64,000 bases of DNA from Candidatus Omnitrophota bacterium (GCA_028711115.1 JAQTSV010000001.1:838032-902031), one strand, 5' to 3'; shown: positions 45,809 to 55,645, numbered from the stretch's first letter. Notes: a model not told the origin generated them from the sequence alone. Made by a program: numbers and translations.

Positions 45809-46588
45809 TTATTTATTCCTTTGTTTAGTACCTAGTATCTTATCCTCTTTTAAAGATTTCAAATAGCCTTCATTTCTTATAATGTTTTTATTCAATTCTT
45901 CTAATTCCGGATTAAGCTTTAAGAATTTCAGAATATCTCCCATATCAAAATTCGGGTTAATTGGATACAGCGATTCCAGTATGGTTTTTATCAATTTGAA
46001 ATCTGCTTCTGTATCTAAAGTCCATCTTTTTTTAGAAAGATTTTCTTTATTCTTAAAATTGATTAATTTAAATTTCTCTGGGTGCTTTTTTAAATATGGC
46101 GTGACGTGTTCTCTCTCTGATAAAAGACTTGAATTTTTCCAGGCATATTCCAAAGCATCAAAGCTAAACACTTCCACATCTTCTCCGTCGGGAAATGTTT
46201 CTTCTAAAGTATTGGAGCAATAATCTGCTTTGTTTTTAAAATAACAATGAACAACATCACTAATTATCCCTGGGTCTAGTAAAGGACAATCAGCTGTAAT
46301 TCTTGCTATATGCTGTATTTTAAATAATTTTGCTGCCTGATAATATCTGTCTAAAACATCGTCTTCAGATCCACGGTATAATTTTATATTTAGCCTACTG
46401 ACTAAATTAGCTATTGGTAAATCGCTTTCTTTTGTTGTAGTGGCCACGACTATATCTTCTATAGCTTTGGATTTCTTTACTCTTTCTACGGCATATTCCA
46501 ATATAGTTTTATCCATAACTTTTAATAACACCTTACCTGGTAGTCTGATAGCGCCAAATCTTGCTTGAATAATAGCGTGTGCTTTCAT
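45809..46588 (-). CDS. SpsF-type cytidylyltransferase (CMP-sugar-acid synthetase family)
   Basis: 'AIIQARFGAIRLPGKVLL', 'VVATT', 'RGSEDDVLDRY' and 'ARITADCPLLDP'. I chose the start at ATG 46588, which forms an ATGA overlap with the upstream stop. The track start is 46594. Confidence 0.7.
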   Translation of the reverse strand: MKAHAIIQARFGAIRLPGKVLLKVMDKTILEYAVERVKKSKAIEDIVVATTTKESDLPIANLVSRLNIKLYRGSEDDVLDRYYQAAKLFKIQHIARITADCPLLDPGIISDVVHCYFKNKADYCSNTLEETFPDGEDVEVFSFDALEYAWKNSSLLSEREHVTPYLKKHPEKFKLINFKNKENLSKKRWTLDTEADFKLIKTILESLYPINPNFDMGDILKFLKLNPELEELNKNIIRNEGYLKSLKEDKILGTKQRNK

Positions 46589-47484
46589 TTCCATTTATTA
46601 GGAATAATCACTTCTTCGTAGTCTAATTTTAGGGATTCCAATAAATCATAGATATTCTTTGTTTTATCTAGGTATTCAAAAGAATCTATGTTTTGTCTTA
46701 GTTGTTCTACAGAATCTACACCGATAATTACCTTATCTAAGAATGGATTTAATAAAACAAAACACAGACATAAAGCAAACAGAGGTATGTTATTATCTAT
46801 TGAAATACGACGTAATTTATTTATATTGTCTTTGGCTAATTGAAAATCCTTATTTATGATATCGGTTTCCAAGAAAAACAAACCCTGCAGGAAAACCGAT
46901 CTTGAATGGATTTCTGCTTTCATATTTTTTAGAACCGAGAAATATGTCTTAAACCTTTGATCAAAAATATTGTAGGGAATTTGGACAATGTCAAATTTAA
47001 TATTATTATTCAATAAATATTCCAATTCACTTACGTTATATAAAGATACGCCTATTTTTTCTACCAGGCCATCTTGTTTTAGAGATTCCAATATGCCCCA
47101 TATTTCTTTATTTTCTATTAAATTGTCAAATTTATGGATTAAATATCCGTATAGGGCTGGCTGTTTTAGATTATTGAGTGTTTTATGAAAATATTTTTCA
47201 ACATCTGAAATGCCTTTATCGCTTAGGTTAGGCAATTTAGAAATGATTTTAAAATAATTGCCGCTCTGGGCAATAAAATCGCCTATTAACTGCTCGCTGT
47301 TTCCATATGAGTAAGCTGTGTCTAAAGCATTTATTCCTTTTCCAAAAGCATATTCTAAAATATTGAAGATATCTTTTGGAGAAGGCTTTGGAGAACGATT
47401 TGCTATTCCGTATTTCATTCCAAATTGTGCTGTTCCTAAGACAATTCTTTTTATTGGCATAAAATTCTCTTTATATTTGAACAA
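46585..47484 (-). CDS. Aldo/keto reductase
   Basis: 'IVLGTAQFGMKYG', 'INALDTAYSYGNSE' and 'GVSLYN'. An ATG at 47460 (MPIKRIVLG) may be the real start. Confidence 0.7.
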   Translation of the reverse strand: MFKYKENFMPIKRIVLGTAQFGMKYGIANRSPKPSPKDIFNILEYAFGKGINALDTAYSYGNSEQLIGDFIAQSGNYFKIISKLPNLSDKGISDVEKYFHKTLNNLKQPALYGYLIHKFDNLIENKEIWGILESLKQDGLVEKIGVSLYNVSELEYLLNNNIKFDIVQIPYNIFDQRFKTYFSVLKNMKAEIHSRSVFLQGLFFLETDIINKDFQLAKDNINKLRRISIDNNIPLFALCLCFVLLNPFLDKVIIGVDSVEQLRQNIDSFEYLDKTKNIYDLLESLKLDYEEVIIPNKWK

Positions 47485-48590
47485 ATATACTCGACTTCTC
47501 TATTTGTTAAACCGGGAAACAAAGGTATGGTTATAGCTTTAGAATAGTATCTTTCTGCTTTCGGGTAATCACCTTTCTTATATCCAAGATTCTTCCTGTA
47601 ATATGGTTGTAAGTGAACCGGGATATAGTGCACCTGGATTCCTATATGATATTTTTTTAACTTATCAAATACAAATCTCCTCACAGAGGCATTTTTTAAT
47701 CTAATGCAATAAATATGCCAAGATGATTTTACGTAGTTTCTTTCTTTTGGCAAAATAATAGTACTGATTTGCGATAAATTACGGTCGTATAATTTTACAA
47801 TTTTCCTTTTTTTGTCTATAAATTTATCGATTTTACCTAGCTGGCTTATTCCTAAAGCACATTGAAAGTCGGTTATGCGATAATTGAAACCCAAATGCTG
47901 CATTTCATAATACCAACTACCAGTTTTCTTAATTTTTTTCCTGTCTTTAGCGATGCCGTGATTCCTGAGCAATAAAAGCCTTTTATATAAATCTTTTCTA
48001 TTCGTAAGAACGGCTCCTCCCTCGCCAGTTGTTATAGATTTTACGGGATGAAAACTAAATACAGCCATGTCAGAATATTTGCAGGAACCAATTTTTGAAT
48101 CTCTGTACTCTGCCCCTAATGCATGTGCGGCGTCTTCTATAACAATTAAATTGTGTTTCTTCGCAATACTCTGGATTCTTTTTAAATCGCAAGGATGACC
48201 AGCAAAGTGAACAGGAATTATTGCCTTAGAATTTTTAGTAATCTTATCAATTATTTCTTCTGGATCTATATTTTGCGTATCCTCTTGAATATCTGTAAAT
48301 ACAGGTTTTCCACCGCAATATAAAATACAATTCGCAGAAGCCACAAAAGTCATAGGCGAAGTAATAACTTCATCGCCTTTTTTTATTCCCGCAGCAAGGC
48401 AGGCAAGATGTAATCCGGCTGTTCCATTAGCTACTGCTACAGCGTATTTAGCTCCGGTGTATTTAGAAAGCGCGCATTCAAATTCATTAATTCTTGGCCC
48501 TTGGGTAATCCAATCGGAACGAAGCGTCTTAACAACCTGCCTGATATCGCTTTCATCAATACATTGGCGACTGTAGGGTATTAATTTCAT
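47451..48590 (-). CDS. pseC: UDP-4-amino-4,6-dideoxy-N-acetyl-beta-L-altrosamine transaminase (DegT/PseC type)
   Basis: 'IPYSRQCIDESDIRQVVKTLRSDWITQGPRINEFE' and the PLP-lysine region 'FSFHPVKSITTGEGG'. It follows pseB. Confidence 0.8.
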   Translation of the reverse strand: MKLIPYSRQCIDESDIRQVVKTLRSDWITQGPRINEFECALSKYTGAKYAVAVANGTAGLHLACLAAGIKKGDEVITSPMTFVASANCILYCGGKPVFTDIQEDTQNIDPEEIIDKITKNSKAIIPVHFAGHPCDLKRIQSIAKKHNLIVIEDAAHALGAEYRDSKIGSCKYSDMAVFSFHPVKSITTGEGGAVLTNRKDLYKRLLLLRNHGIAKDRKKIKKTGSWYYEMQHLGFNYRITDFQCALGISQLGKIDKFIDKKRKIVKLYDRNLSQISTIILPKERNYVKSSWHIYCIRLKNASVRRFVFDKLKKYHIGIQVHYIPVHLQPYYRKNLGYKKGDYPKAERYYSKAITIPLFPGLTNREVEYICSNIKRILCQ

Positions 48591-49564
48591 ATGCTCTCGA
48601 TCATCCTTTCAAGCTCTTTTTTTGTAAGCCACAGATTATTATTGTCGCTTGTATATTTAAAACCTTCTGCCAAATGTTTTCCCTTCTTAAAATTATCCAC
48701 TCTCCACCAAGGATGTTCCGGCTCTACAATAAAATAATCAGCGAATTTTAATGTATGCCTGGATTCATCTTTGGTTATCAAACATTCATGAATTTTCTCG
48801 CCCGGGCGGATTCCTATATATCTAACTTTACATTTAGGGGCGATTGTTTTTGCCAAATCTACAATCTTCATACTGGGAATCCTGGGAACGAAAATCTCTC
48901 CTCCATGCATCATTCCAATAGATTTTATTACAAATTCCACGCCCTGTTCTAAAGTCATCCAAAAACGTGTCATTTCTTTATCAGTGATGGTAATAGTCCC
49001 TATTTTTTTCTGTTCTTTTAATAAAGGCACAATACTTCCTCTGGACGCTACGACGTTACCGTATCTTGTACAAGAAAGTTGTGTTTGCCTTTGTTTTCCT
49101 ACATAAGAATTTGCGGCGACGAATAATTTTTCCATGCACATTTTAGTAGCGCCATACAGATTCACCGGGTTTACTGCCTTATCGCTGCTTATAGCCATCA
49201 CTTTTTCAATATTATGATCTATCGCCGCATCAATTACATTTTGCGCGCCCATAATATTAGTCTTTATAGCTTCGAAAGGATTATATTCACAAAGGGGGAC
49301 TTGTTTTAAGGCTGCAGCGTGGACAACTATATGTGCGCCGTCCATTGCACGTTTTAATCTGTCTTTATCGCGCACATCTCCGATGAAAAATCTCAAACCT
49401 TTAACATTATTAAATTTTTTCTCCATTTCCCACTGTTTTAATTCATCGCGGCTGAAAATTCTGATGACTTTCGGCTTATGTTTTTTAATCATAATTTCGG
49501 TAAATTTCTGGCCAAAGGAACCTGTACCGCCAGTCAATAAAATAATCTTCTTGGACCAATCCAT
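48587..49564 (-). CDS. pseB: UDP-N-acetylglucosamine 4,6-dehydratase (inverting), PseB/FlaA1 type
   Basis: 'KIILLTGGTGSFGQKF' and 'YGATKMCMEKLF' (YxxxK). The track start (49615) is a TTG extension. ATG at 49564 has 'AGAGAGGA' 6-7 nt upstream. Confidence 0.8.
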   Translation of the reverse strand: MDWSKKIILLTGGTGSFGQKFTEIMIKKHKPKVIRIFSRDELKQWEMEKKFNNVKGLRFFIGDVRDKDRLKRAMDGAHIVVHAAALKQVPLCEYNPFEAIKTNIMGAQNVIDAAIDHNIEKVMAISSDKAVNPVNLYGATKMCMEKLFVAANSYVGKQRQTQLSCTRYGNVVASRGSIVPLLKEQKKIGTITITDKEMTRFWMTLEQGVEFVIKSIGMMHGGEIFVPRIPSMKIVDLAKTIAPKCKVRYIGIRPGEKIHECLITKDESRHTLKFADYFIVEPEHPWWRVDNFKKGKHLAEGFKYTSDNNNLWLTKKELERMIESI

Positions 49565-49589
49565 TGTTATCCTCTCTTTCTGATTTAAT

Positions 49590-50234
49590 CTAAATACAGT
49601 TCTTAATATATTCAAATACTCCCCTCATATTCTTAAAGCTGCTCTTTTTTGGTATATTGGGTAAATTGGAATTGTCATCTTTTATCCTAGCGATAAATTT
49701 CACGCCTATTTCTTTTGCAGCATTAAAATCATTGACAGAATCACCGATAAAAACAACTTCGGAGGTATTATAATTATTTTTTCTTAGTATATTAGTTATC
49801 AAATCTGTTTTTTTATCCGGAGAACCGTATATTTCCGTAAAGTATTTTTCTAACTTTCTGCGTTTTATTATTTCTTTAATTTCTTTTTTCGGCGTCCCCG
49901 AAATTACAAACATTTCGTAACGACCGTAACATCTATCTAAAAGTTCTTGCGCACCTTCTACTAAAGGAGAGCGGACCACCTTATCTACTACTAATTCACT
50001 AAAACGCTTACCCAGTTGATTGAATTGAGCTTCACTTAATTTTTCTTTAATGATATTCTGGTAAATAAACCTAAATTTATCATAACGAGATATACCGCCA
50101 TTATTAATATGATATTCTATTATTGCCTTTAAGCATTGTGGATAATCTTTAAATAATGTTCTGAAAGCCCCTGTCTTTATTTCTACAGATTCAGCAATTA
50201 CTCCATCAAAATCAAAAATAATACTTTTAATCAT
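49590..50234 (-). CDS. HAD-superfamily phosphatase
   Basis: Motif I 'IIFDFDGVIAES' and motif IV 'FIGDSVNDFNAA'. Confidence 0.75.
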   Translation of the reverse strand: MIKSIIFDFDGVIAESVEIKTGAFRTLFKDYPQCLKAIIEYHINNGGISRYDKFRFIYQNIIKEKLSEAQFNQLGKRFSELVVDKVVRSPLVEGAQELLDRCYGRYEMFVISGTPKKEIKEIIKRRKLEKYFTEIYGSPDKKTDLITNILRKNNYNTSEVVFIGDSVNDFNAAKEIGVKFIARIKDDNSNLPNIPKKSSFKNMRGVFEYIKNCI

Positions 50235-50961
50235 TGGCTTTCATTCCTTTGTGGCCTAAATGATCTACAATAAAATTCAACCACTCGATGTCTTCTGGCG
50301 TATGTACATCTACAAAACAATTTCGATTATGATAATCCTGGATTATCCCTTTTATTCTTCTTCCTAAATAATTCCATGGTTTTATTCCTTTATCTCTATT
50401 TTGCCAAGAGCTATACCTGAAGCATTCTACTGTATGATCAATTTCGTAAGCTTCGCTGTCTTGACGAGAACCAGAGGCTTTAGATTGTATTTGGGGAAAA
50501 TAAGGGACGAGCTCATTGTTTCTTATCGTCATTAATGCCTCGGGTATATAACCAGTTCTTCTGATAGTGACAACTGAGTCATATTGCAAATTTTCTAAGA
50601 GAAAATTAATGCTTTTATCAAATATATCCGGGTCTCTGAACGGAACAACGCATTGAGGCATCGCTATAATCTCTAAATTGTCATATTTATTCTTGATATA
50701 ATTTATGGCGTGATCTACGGCTTCCATGAATTTTTCATTCTTGGCTAATTCATTGTCCCTGAATATTATTTCTGCGCCAGATTTGCTGCCGATTTCAGCG
50801 GTCTTTTTGCCGTTCGTACTTACGAAAATTTTATCTACAGTTTTGGATTTCTTTCCGTCTTCTATTGTCCATTCAAGCAAAGTTTTATCTTTGATCGTCC
50901 AGATATTTTTACCGGGTAAACCGATACTGCCTTCTTTTGCCATAATCAAGATGATATTCAT
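50227..50961 (-). CDS. Acylneuraminate-cytidylyltransferase-family enzyme (CMP-nonulosonate synthetase), a PseF candidate
   Basis: 'IILIMAKEGSIGLPGKNIW...KTLLEWTIEDGKKSKTVDKIFVSTN...IIFRDNELA'. Confidence 0.65.
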   Translation of the reverse strand: MNIILIMAKEGSIGLPGKNIWTIKDKTLLEWTIEDGKKSKTVDKIFVSTNGKKTAEIGSKSGAEIIFRDNELAKNEKFMEAVDHAINYIKNKYDNLEIIAMPQCVVPFRDPDIFDKSINFLLENLQYDSVVTIRRTGYIPEALMTIRNNELVPYFPQIQSKASGSRQDSEAYEIDHTVECFRYSSWQNRDKGIKPWNYLGRRIKGIIQDYHNRNCFVDVHTPEDIEWLNFIVDHLGHKGMKAND

Positions 50962-52931
50962 TTCTTCCCTTCAGTTGTAAGCGCCATATCAACAAAACTG
51001 AAAAAATTTGATTTATATTCCTTGGGATATCTGTAATCTACCAAATCCTCATTTTTTAACGGATTGTTTTCAAAAATATTAAAAATTCTACGTATTCCCT
51101 GGGCAAGCAACAGCGGATTTGTTAAATAGTACACAGGTTTTTTTGTCATTGTTTGTACATCTTTTGTTTCTTCAATATTAAAATGGTTATACCTTTGCCA
51201 CTTGTCAAATAAAACTACGGGTATTCCATTCTGAAGCGCCTCTTCTATGCAAGTCGAAGAATAACTGACTAGAAGATCAGCAATGGAAAGCATGTCTGAA
51301 AATGGCCCATTATTCAATATCCTCAACCTATTACAAATTGGTAAAGATTTGAGAAAATCCTCTTCGCTAAGGTCACAGGCAGGATGTGGACGTATAATTA
51401 AAAATACATCTTCTAAACTTTTAATGGCATTGACTAGATCAAAAATGGCTGAAATATATTCATCCAAAGTCTCTGTAATATGAAAGCGCATGCCTGTGCG
51501 TAATTTCTGTGTGGTAGCATGAACAATAATCTTCCCAAAGCCTTGTATTCCAAGAATCTCTTTCCTTAACGATTTTCTTATTTTGTCTTTTTTTTCTGAG
51601 TATAGTAATGGTCCACTAAAAATTCGGGGTCTCTTATCACCATAATAATCTAGGAATTTTCCAGCCCATGGCGTCTGAACGGCCACATATTTATAATCGT
51701 TCAGAATAACTCCTGTCCCCAGATGATAATTCTCTATTTTTTCGAATTCATTATTGGGCGGCACATGAGTCCCATGGCTTATGTTTAATGAATAGAAGCC
51801 AAATTGATGGCTAATTTCTCCCATTGCTTGATATATTCCCCTGCTGTACATGGCCATTAAAAGCCTGGGATGCAGTTGTTGCAAGATATTACGTAAAACA
51901 AGGGTTGTATGTTGCAATGAAATAACTTTTGGCTTTAAACCATTTTCTACTTTTTCTGCCAAATAATGGTGGAATGGAATTTTGTCATAAACCAGCAAGT
52001 CTCTTAATTCTGAATTTATTGCGTTTACAAAATTGTCGAATTCTTTCCTGAAATTATTTTGTTGACTAAGATCTCTTTTAAAAATATTCCTAATTAAATC
52101 TAGGTTGATAATTGCATCGAGTAGATTTTCTTTCTTGAGCCTTTTTAAGAAATTTGTCAGTAGTAAATATATTTTAAATATTTCTCTTCTTAGATTAGAC
52201 TCTTCCTCCCAGATCATAATACATCTAACATCGGGATGTTGTTTCTTGATATCCTTTAACAAATTACCCATATTATAAGATGCGGCAGGAACTATAATAG
52301 TTTTTGTGTCCATCTTTTTTCTCAAGGCAAAGAATTTGTACTCTACAAACGCTAAAAACATGGCAACTTGATAAGTAATTCTTGTTGCAATTATATTAAG
52401 AAAATTCGAATGTTTATTTTTTAAAGGTTGTTCATAGAAATTGATTCCGTTAATTTTACAAAAATCTTTTGCTAAAATACCTAAAAATCTTTCCTCGTTT
52501 TGTATAGGGGCTTTCTTAGAATACATATTCTTTTGTTTTTTAGGCAGACAACAATAAAACCCGGCAACAGGGTGTTTGTCTTTAATGCCCTTAAGGATCT
52601 CTATATTGCAAAGGAAATGATTAAGATACATCCGTAGATGGTGAACGCATAGTTCCCTGTATTCTTTTTCTAAATTAAAACCATCCTTTAAATGTAGCTT
52701 TTGCATAAGCCGTGCCGTAAGCTTATCGACAGTTAATATAATCCGATGCTGTGCATTATTGTCCAAATAATCAACTGTACCTTTTGAATCTATGCCTTTA
52801 TTTTTTAGAAAAACACGGATATGCGGATGCAGGCATACAGTTATAGTGTCTTTTGATAAAAATAGACCTTTTCCGTATTTATTCAATAAAATCTTGGCCT
52901 CATCCACAAATTCTAGCAATATTATTTTCAT
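50958..52931 (-). CDS. Large uncharacterised protein with a GT-B/TagF-like C-terminal domain
   Basis: 657 aa. 'LIIRPHPAC' is followed about 42 aa later by 'ADLLVSYSSTCIEEALQNGIPVVLFD'. Confidence 0.3.
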   Translation of the reverse strand: MKIILLEFVDEAKILLNKYGKGLFLSKDTITVCLHPHIRVFLKNKGIDSKGTVDYLDNNAQHRIILTVDKLTARLMQKLHLKDGFNLEKEYRELCVHHLRMYLNHFLCNIEILKGIKDKHPVAGFYCCLPKKQKNMYSKKAPIQNEERFLGILAKDFCKINGINFYEQPLKNKHSNFLNIIATRITYQVAMFLAFVEYKFFALRKKMDTKTIIVPAASYNMGNLLKDIKKQHPDVRCIMIWEEESNLRREIFKIYLLLTNFLKRLKKENLLDAIINLDLIRNIFKRDLSQQNNFRKEFDNFVNAINSELRDLLVYDKIPFHHYLAEKVENGLKPKVISLQHTTLVLRNILQQLHPRLLMAMYSRGIYQAMGEISHQFGFYSLNISHGTHVPPNNEFEKIENYHLGTGVILNDYKYVAVQTPWAGKFLDYYGDKRPRIFSGPLLYSEKKDKIRKSLRKEILGIQGFGKIIVHATTQKLRTGMRFHITETLDEYISAIFDLVNAIKSLEDVFLIIRPHPACDLSEEDFLKSLPICNRLRILNNGPFSDMLSIADLLVSYSSTCIEEALQNGIPVVLFDKWQRYNHFNIEETKDVQTMTKKPVYYLTNPLLLAQGIRRIFNIFENNPLKNEDLVDYRYPKEYKSNFFSFVDMALTTEGKK

Positions 52932-55075
52932 TTATTAGAATCAAATGATGTACAGATAAACTCTGGGGAATAAGCCCCAGAATTCTTAAAAGTATCTTTT
53001 TCTTTTTTTAAATCGACCACCTTGTCGCTTCCCCAGCACGTTCGATATCTATTAATTGCTATTTCCATAGCATCCTGGCCACCCATTCCCTTATCAAATG
53101 CATCCAACAGCCAATTTATAAAATTTCCTATTCTTACCGAAGCATTCCCATCCCTAAAAGCATCAATTTCTTTAAGAATAAAGGAAAAATCTCCTATATT
53201 AGTTTTGTTATGTCTATTGCGGCGAAATTCTCCGATAGCCTGAATCATTTGGCCTAAATCGTCAAAAACAACTCTTCCTATGCCTTTTTTATACAACGGA
53301 TGGTTAACAGAGGATAAAGGATCAAAGGTTATGCCGGGTACGCCAGAAATCAATGCCTCTGTTACGGGAGTACTGGAAACTCCGATACCTATGGCTAAAT
53401 CAGAGGCATAAGCAGCTTCGCAGGGAAAAATGTCACCTTCTAAAACAATACATCTACCGGTAGCAATTGCTTGGTTGAGCAAGCCAACCAACAATGGTAA
53501 TTTGTCTTCGATATTAATGAGTTTCTTGGGCTTAATGATGAGCCCCATAGTTTTATCATCCATAACTTCTTTCAGAAGAAATTTATACATTTTTTCTATT
53601 CCTTTTGTCCAGCCAGGTCTTAAATCAGAACAGTTTTGATCAAAGAAACTAACAATAAATTCAGCACCGCTATCTATAAGTTTGCTTCGATAACGTTTTG
53701 ATTTCTCCTTGCATCTTGTAAAAAAACTATCGTAGGGATAACCCGAATACACCAATCTATCGATAGGATAAAAAATATTATCAAAGAAATTGTCTTTAAA
53801 AAATTGGCCCCAAGAAAAATAAACATCATAAGGTTTTCCCGTATAAACTGTTACAAAATCAAAATTTGACCAATGGGTACCTATATCAATACCTTTTACA
53901 AGTTCGATAGCAATATTGGCCGAACTCATATCTTTCCCCGCCTCATATTGACCGAAATGAACTTTGATATTATAAGTGATAAAAAAAGACTCAAAGAAAT
54001 CAACCGTATTTAAAAGTATGGTTAAATTCTTCCAATACCAAAAATAGATTTTGTCATTCTTGAATAGACAATAAAAAAACAGCCGTAATGTTATGGCCAA
54101 TGTTTTTAAGGATTTTTTCAAATATATAGTGGACGGGAGTCTGTTTAATTCCATTGTTCCAAAAAGATATTTTTTGTTCCCGAGCTTCCACGGCAATAAA
54201 TTAACCCAGGTTATATTATTCTGTTCAATAAACTTTATAATTTCAGCGTTAGGAGAACGTACCGAGTATTTAAAATATAGGATAATTTTACTGGGATTAA
54301 TACCGGAATTAGGATACCAAAAATAATCAGTCTTCTTTTCTAAATTAGCCCCCTGTACGTATAGCACAGCAACTTTTGAATCTTTTGCTGAGTTTTTTGT
54401 AATAATGCTTTTACCAATCAATACCAAGAACAAATTGGCAATTATCTCAATAAAAATCTTAATTGGATAATAAAACATGCTGATGATTTCTTTAAAATTA
54501 AGATATGTATAAAGCCTGATATTGTTGTTTTCGTAATATGAGCGGATATGTGGTATCCAAAAATTATCAGTAACTATTATTAAGTTATACGAATAGGTTA
54601 AATTCTTATTGTTAAGGCAAAACGATTTTACATGGTTGCATAGCTTAACTATATTTTCAATCTCGCGTGAGATCTCTTGTTCAAAAAAGAAAGAAATCTT
54701 TTCTCTGCTGTATCTCGGATTTATATTCTTAAGCAAAGAGCTATATTTATTCGAGGAGCAGATTCTAATCTGTTTATAAATTAAAGAAACAATGTCGTCA
54801 TATGCTTTAATATCGATTTCTTTTTCTTCTTTTGCGGAAATTAAACCTTCTGCTGAAAAAATACATTTCAATTTAAATATGTTGTTATAATATTTTTCGA
54901 TAAATGTCTTTACAAACGGAGCGATTGTCATATATCTTAATTCTACAATTTCATATTTTAGATTTAATCTTCTTAATTTTGAAAATGAAAAAAGAGTTAA
55001 TCTGTCAAACCAGCAGATACATTGTTTTCTAGTTTTCTTATTTTTAAATTTTGTCAATTCTTCTGTACTAAACAT
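52928..55075 (-). CDS. Large uncharacterised protein with a weakly GT-B-like C-terminal region
   Basis: 715 aa. It has a central hydrophobic stretch and 'ASDLAIGIGVSSTPVTEALISGVPGITFD'. The HP motif is absent ('LIIKPKKL'). Confidence 0.25.
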   Translation of the reverse strand: MFSTEELTKFKNKKTRKQCICWFDRLTLFSFSKLRRLNLKYEIVELRYMTIAPFVKTFIEKYYNNIFKLKCIFSAEGLISAKEEKEIDIKAYDDIVSLIYKQIRICSSNKYSSLLKNINPRYSREKISFFFEQEISREIENIVKLCNHVKSFCLNNKNLTYSYNLIIVTDNFWIPHIRSYYENNNIRLYTYLNFKEIISMFYYPIKIFIEIIANLFLVLIGKSIITKNSAKDSKVAVLYVQGANLEKKTDYFWYPNSGINPSKIILYFKYSVRSPNAEIIKFIEQNNITWVNLLPWKLGNKKYLFGTMELNRLPSTIYLKKSLKTLAITLRLFFYCLFKNDKIYFWYWKNLTILLNTVDFFESFFITYNIKVHFGQYEAGKDMSSANIAIELVKGIDIGTHWSNFDFVTVYTGKPYDVYFSWGQFFKDNFFDNIFYPIDRLVYSGYPYDSFFTRCKEKSKRYRSKLIDSGAEFIVSFFDQNCSDLRPGWTKGIEKMYKFLLKEVMDDKTMGLIIKPKKLINIEDKLPLLVGLLNQAIATGRCIVLEGDIFPCEAAYASDLAIGIGVSSTPVTEALISGVPGITFDPLSSVNHPLYKKGIGRVVFDDLGQMIQAIGEFRRNRHNKTNIGDFSFILKEIDAFRDGNASVRIGNFINWLLDAFDKGMGGQDAMEIAINRYRTCWGSDKVVDLKKEKDTFKNSGAYSPEFICTSFDSNK

Positions 55076-55645
55076 TTATATTTCCTTCGTCTTTATAAAA
55101 CTAATAAGTTTTTTTATACAAGTTTTTAAATCATATTTTTCCGTATCTAATACCAAATCCGCATTTTTAGGCATCTGATAGGGTACATTTTTATCAATAC
55201 CGATAAAATTTTCTATCTTTCCGGATAAGGCTTTTTTATACAGCCCCTTGGGGTCTCTTTTAATAACAGTTCCAAGCGAAGCTTTACAATAAATCAAATA
55301 TAGCTGCTCTCCAATTGTGCTTTTTACCTGCTGCCTGGACTCCTCAAACGGAGAAATAACTGTTACAAAAATATAATCATATTTTTTCTTATTGATTTCT
55401 TGTTTACAAATCTCAGCTATTATCCTATTGTTTTTCTTAATGTGTTTTGGTGTAAATTTCAGGTGTCTATTCAGTTTTTGTCTTACAATATCGCCATCAT
55501 AAATTTTGATTTTTTTCTTTATTTTTGAAAGTGATTTCTTAGTTTCATTGGCAATGGTTGTTTTTCCAGAACCAGAAAGACCTGTAAACCAAAAAACTAG
55601 AGTTTTTTTATTCAACAAAGACCTTCCCTCCTTCTTTAATTTCAT
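55076..55645 (-). CDS. cysC: Adenylyl-sulfate (APS) kinase
   Basis: P-loop 'FWFTGLSGSGKTTIA' and 'DGDIVRQKL'. An 'AAGGAGG' followed 7 nt later by TTG at 55618 is an alternative start. Confidence 0.85.
   Translation of the reverse strand: MKLKKEGRSLLNKKTLVFWFTGLSGSGKTTIANETKKSLSKIKKKIKIYDGDIVRQKLNRHLKFTPKHIKKNNRIIAEICKQEINKKKYDYIFVTVISPFEESRQQVKSTIGEQLYLIYCKASLGTVIKRDPKGLYKKALSGKIENFIGIDKNVPYQMPKNADLVLDTEKYDLKTCIKKLISFIKTKEI

Noticed and set aside
36110-49564. Alternative assignment of the nonulosonate genes to the legionaminic or neuraminic acid pathways.
   Set aside because: A PseG-type hydrolase motif ('GFGHITRC') and a PseH-like GNAT flank the NeuB homologue. No NeuC/LegG-type hydrolysing 2-epimerase is present. 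I have kept this as a refutation test because no profile search was run.
49565-49615. N-terminal extensions in the ORF track, such as pseB from 49615, hisH from 60397, the GNAT from 41871 and the cytidylyltransferase from 46594.
   Set aside because: I read the first codons as TTG or GTG for the first three. The extensions overlap the upstream gene. Internal ATGs give canonical family N-termini with SD-like sequences or ATGA coupling. For 46594 the track start is itself an ATG, but the internal ATG at 46588 forms an ATGA overlap with the upstream stop.
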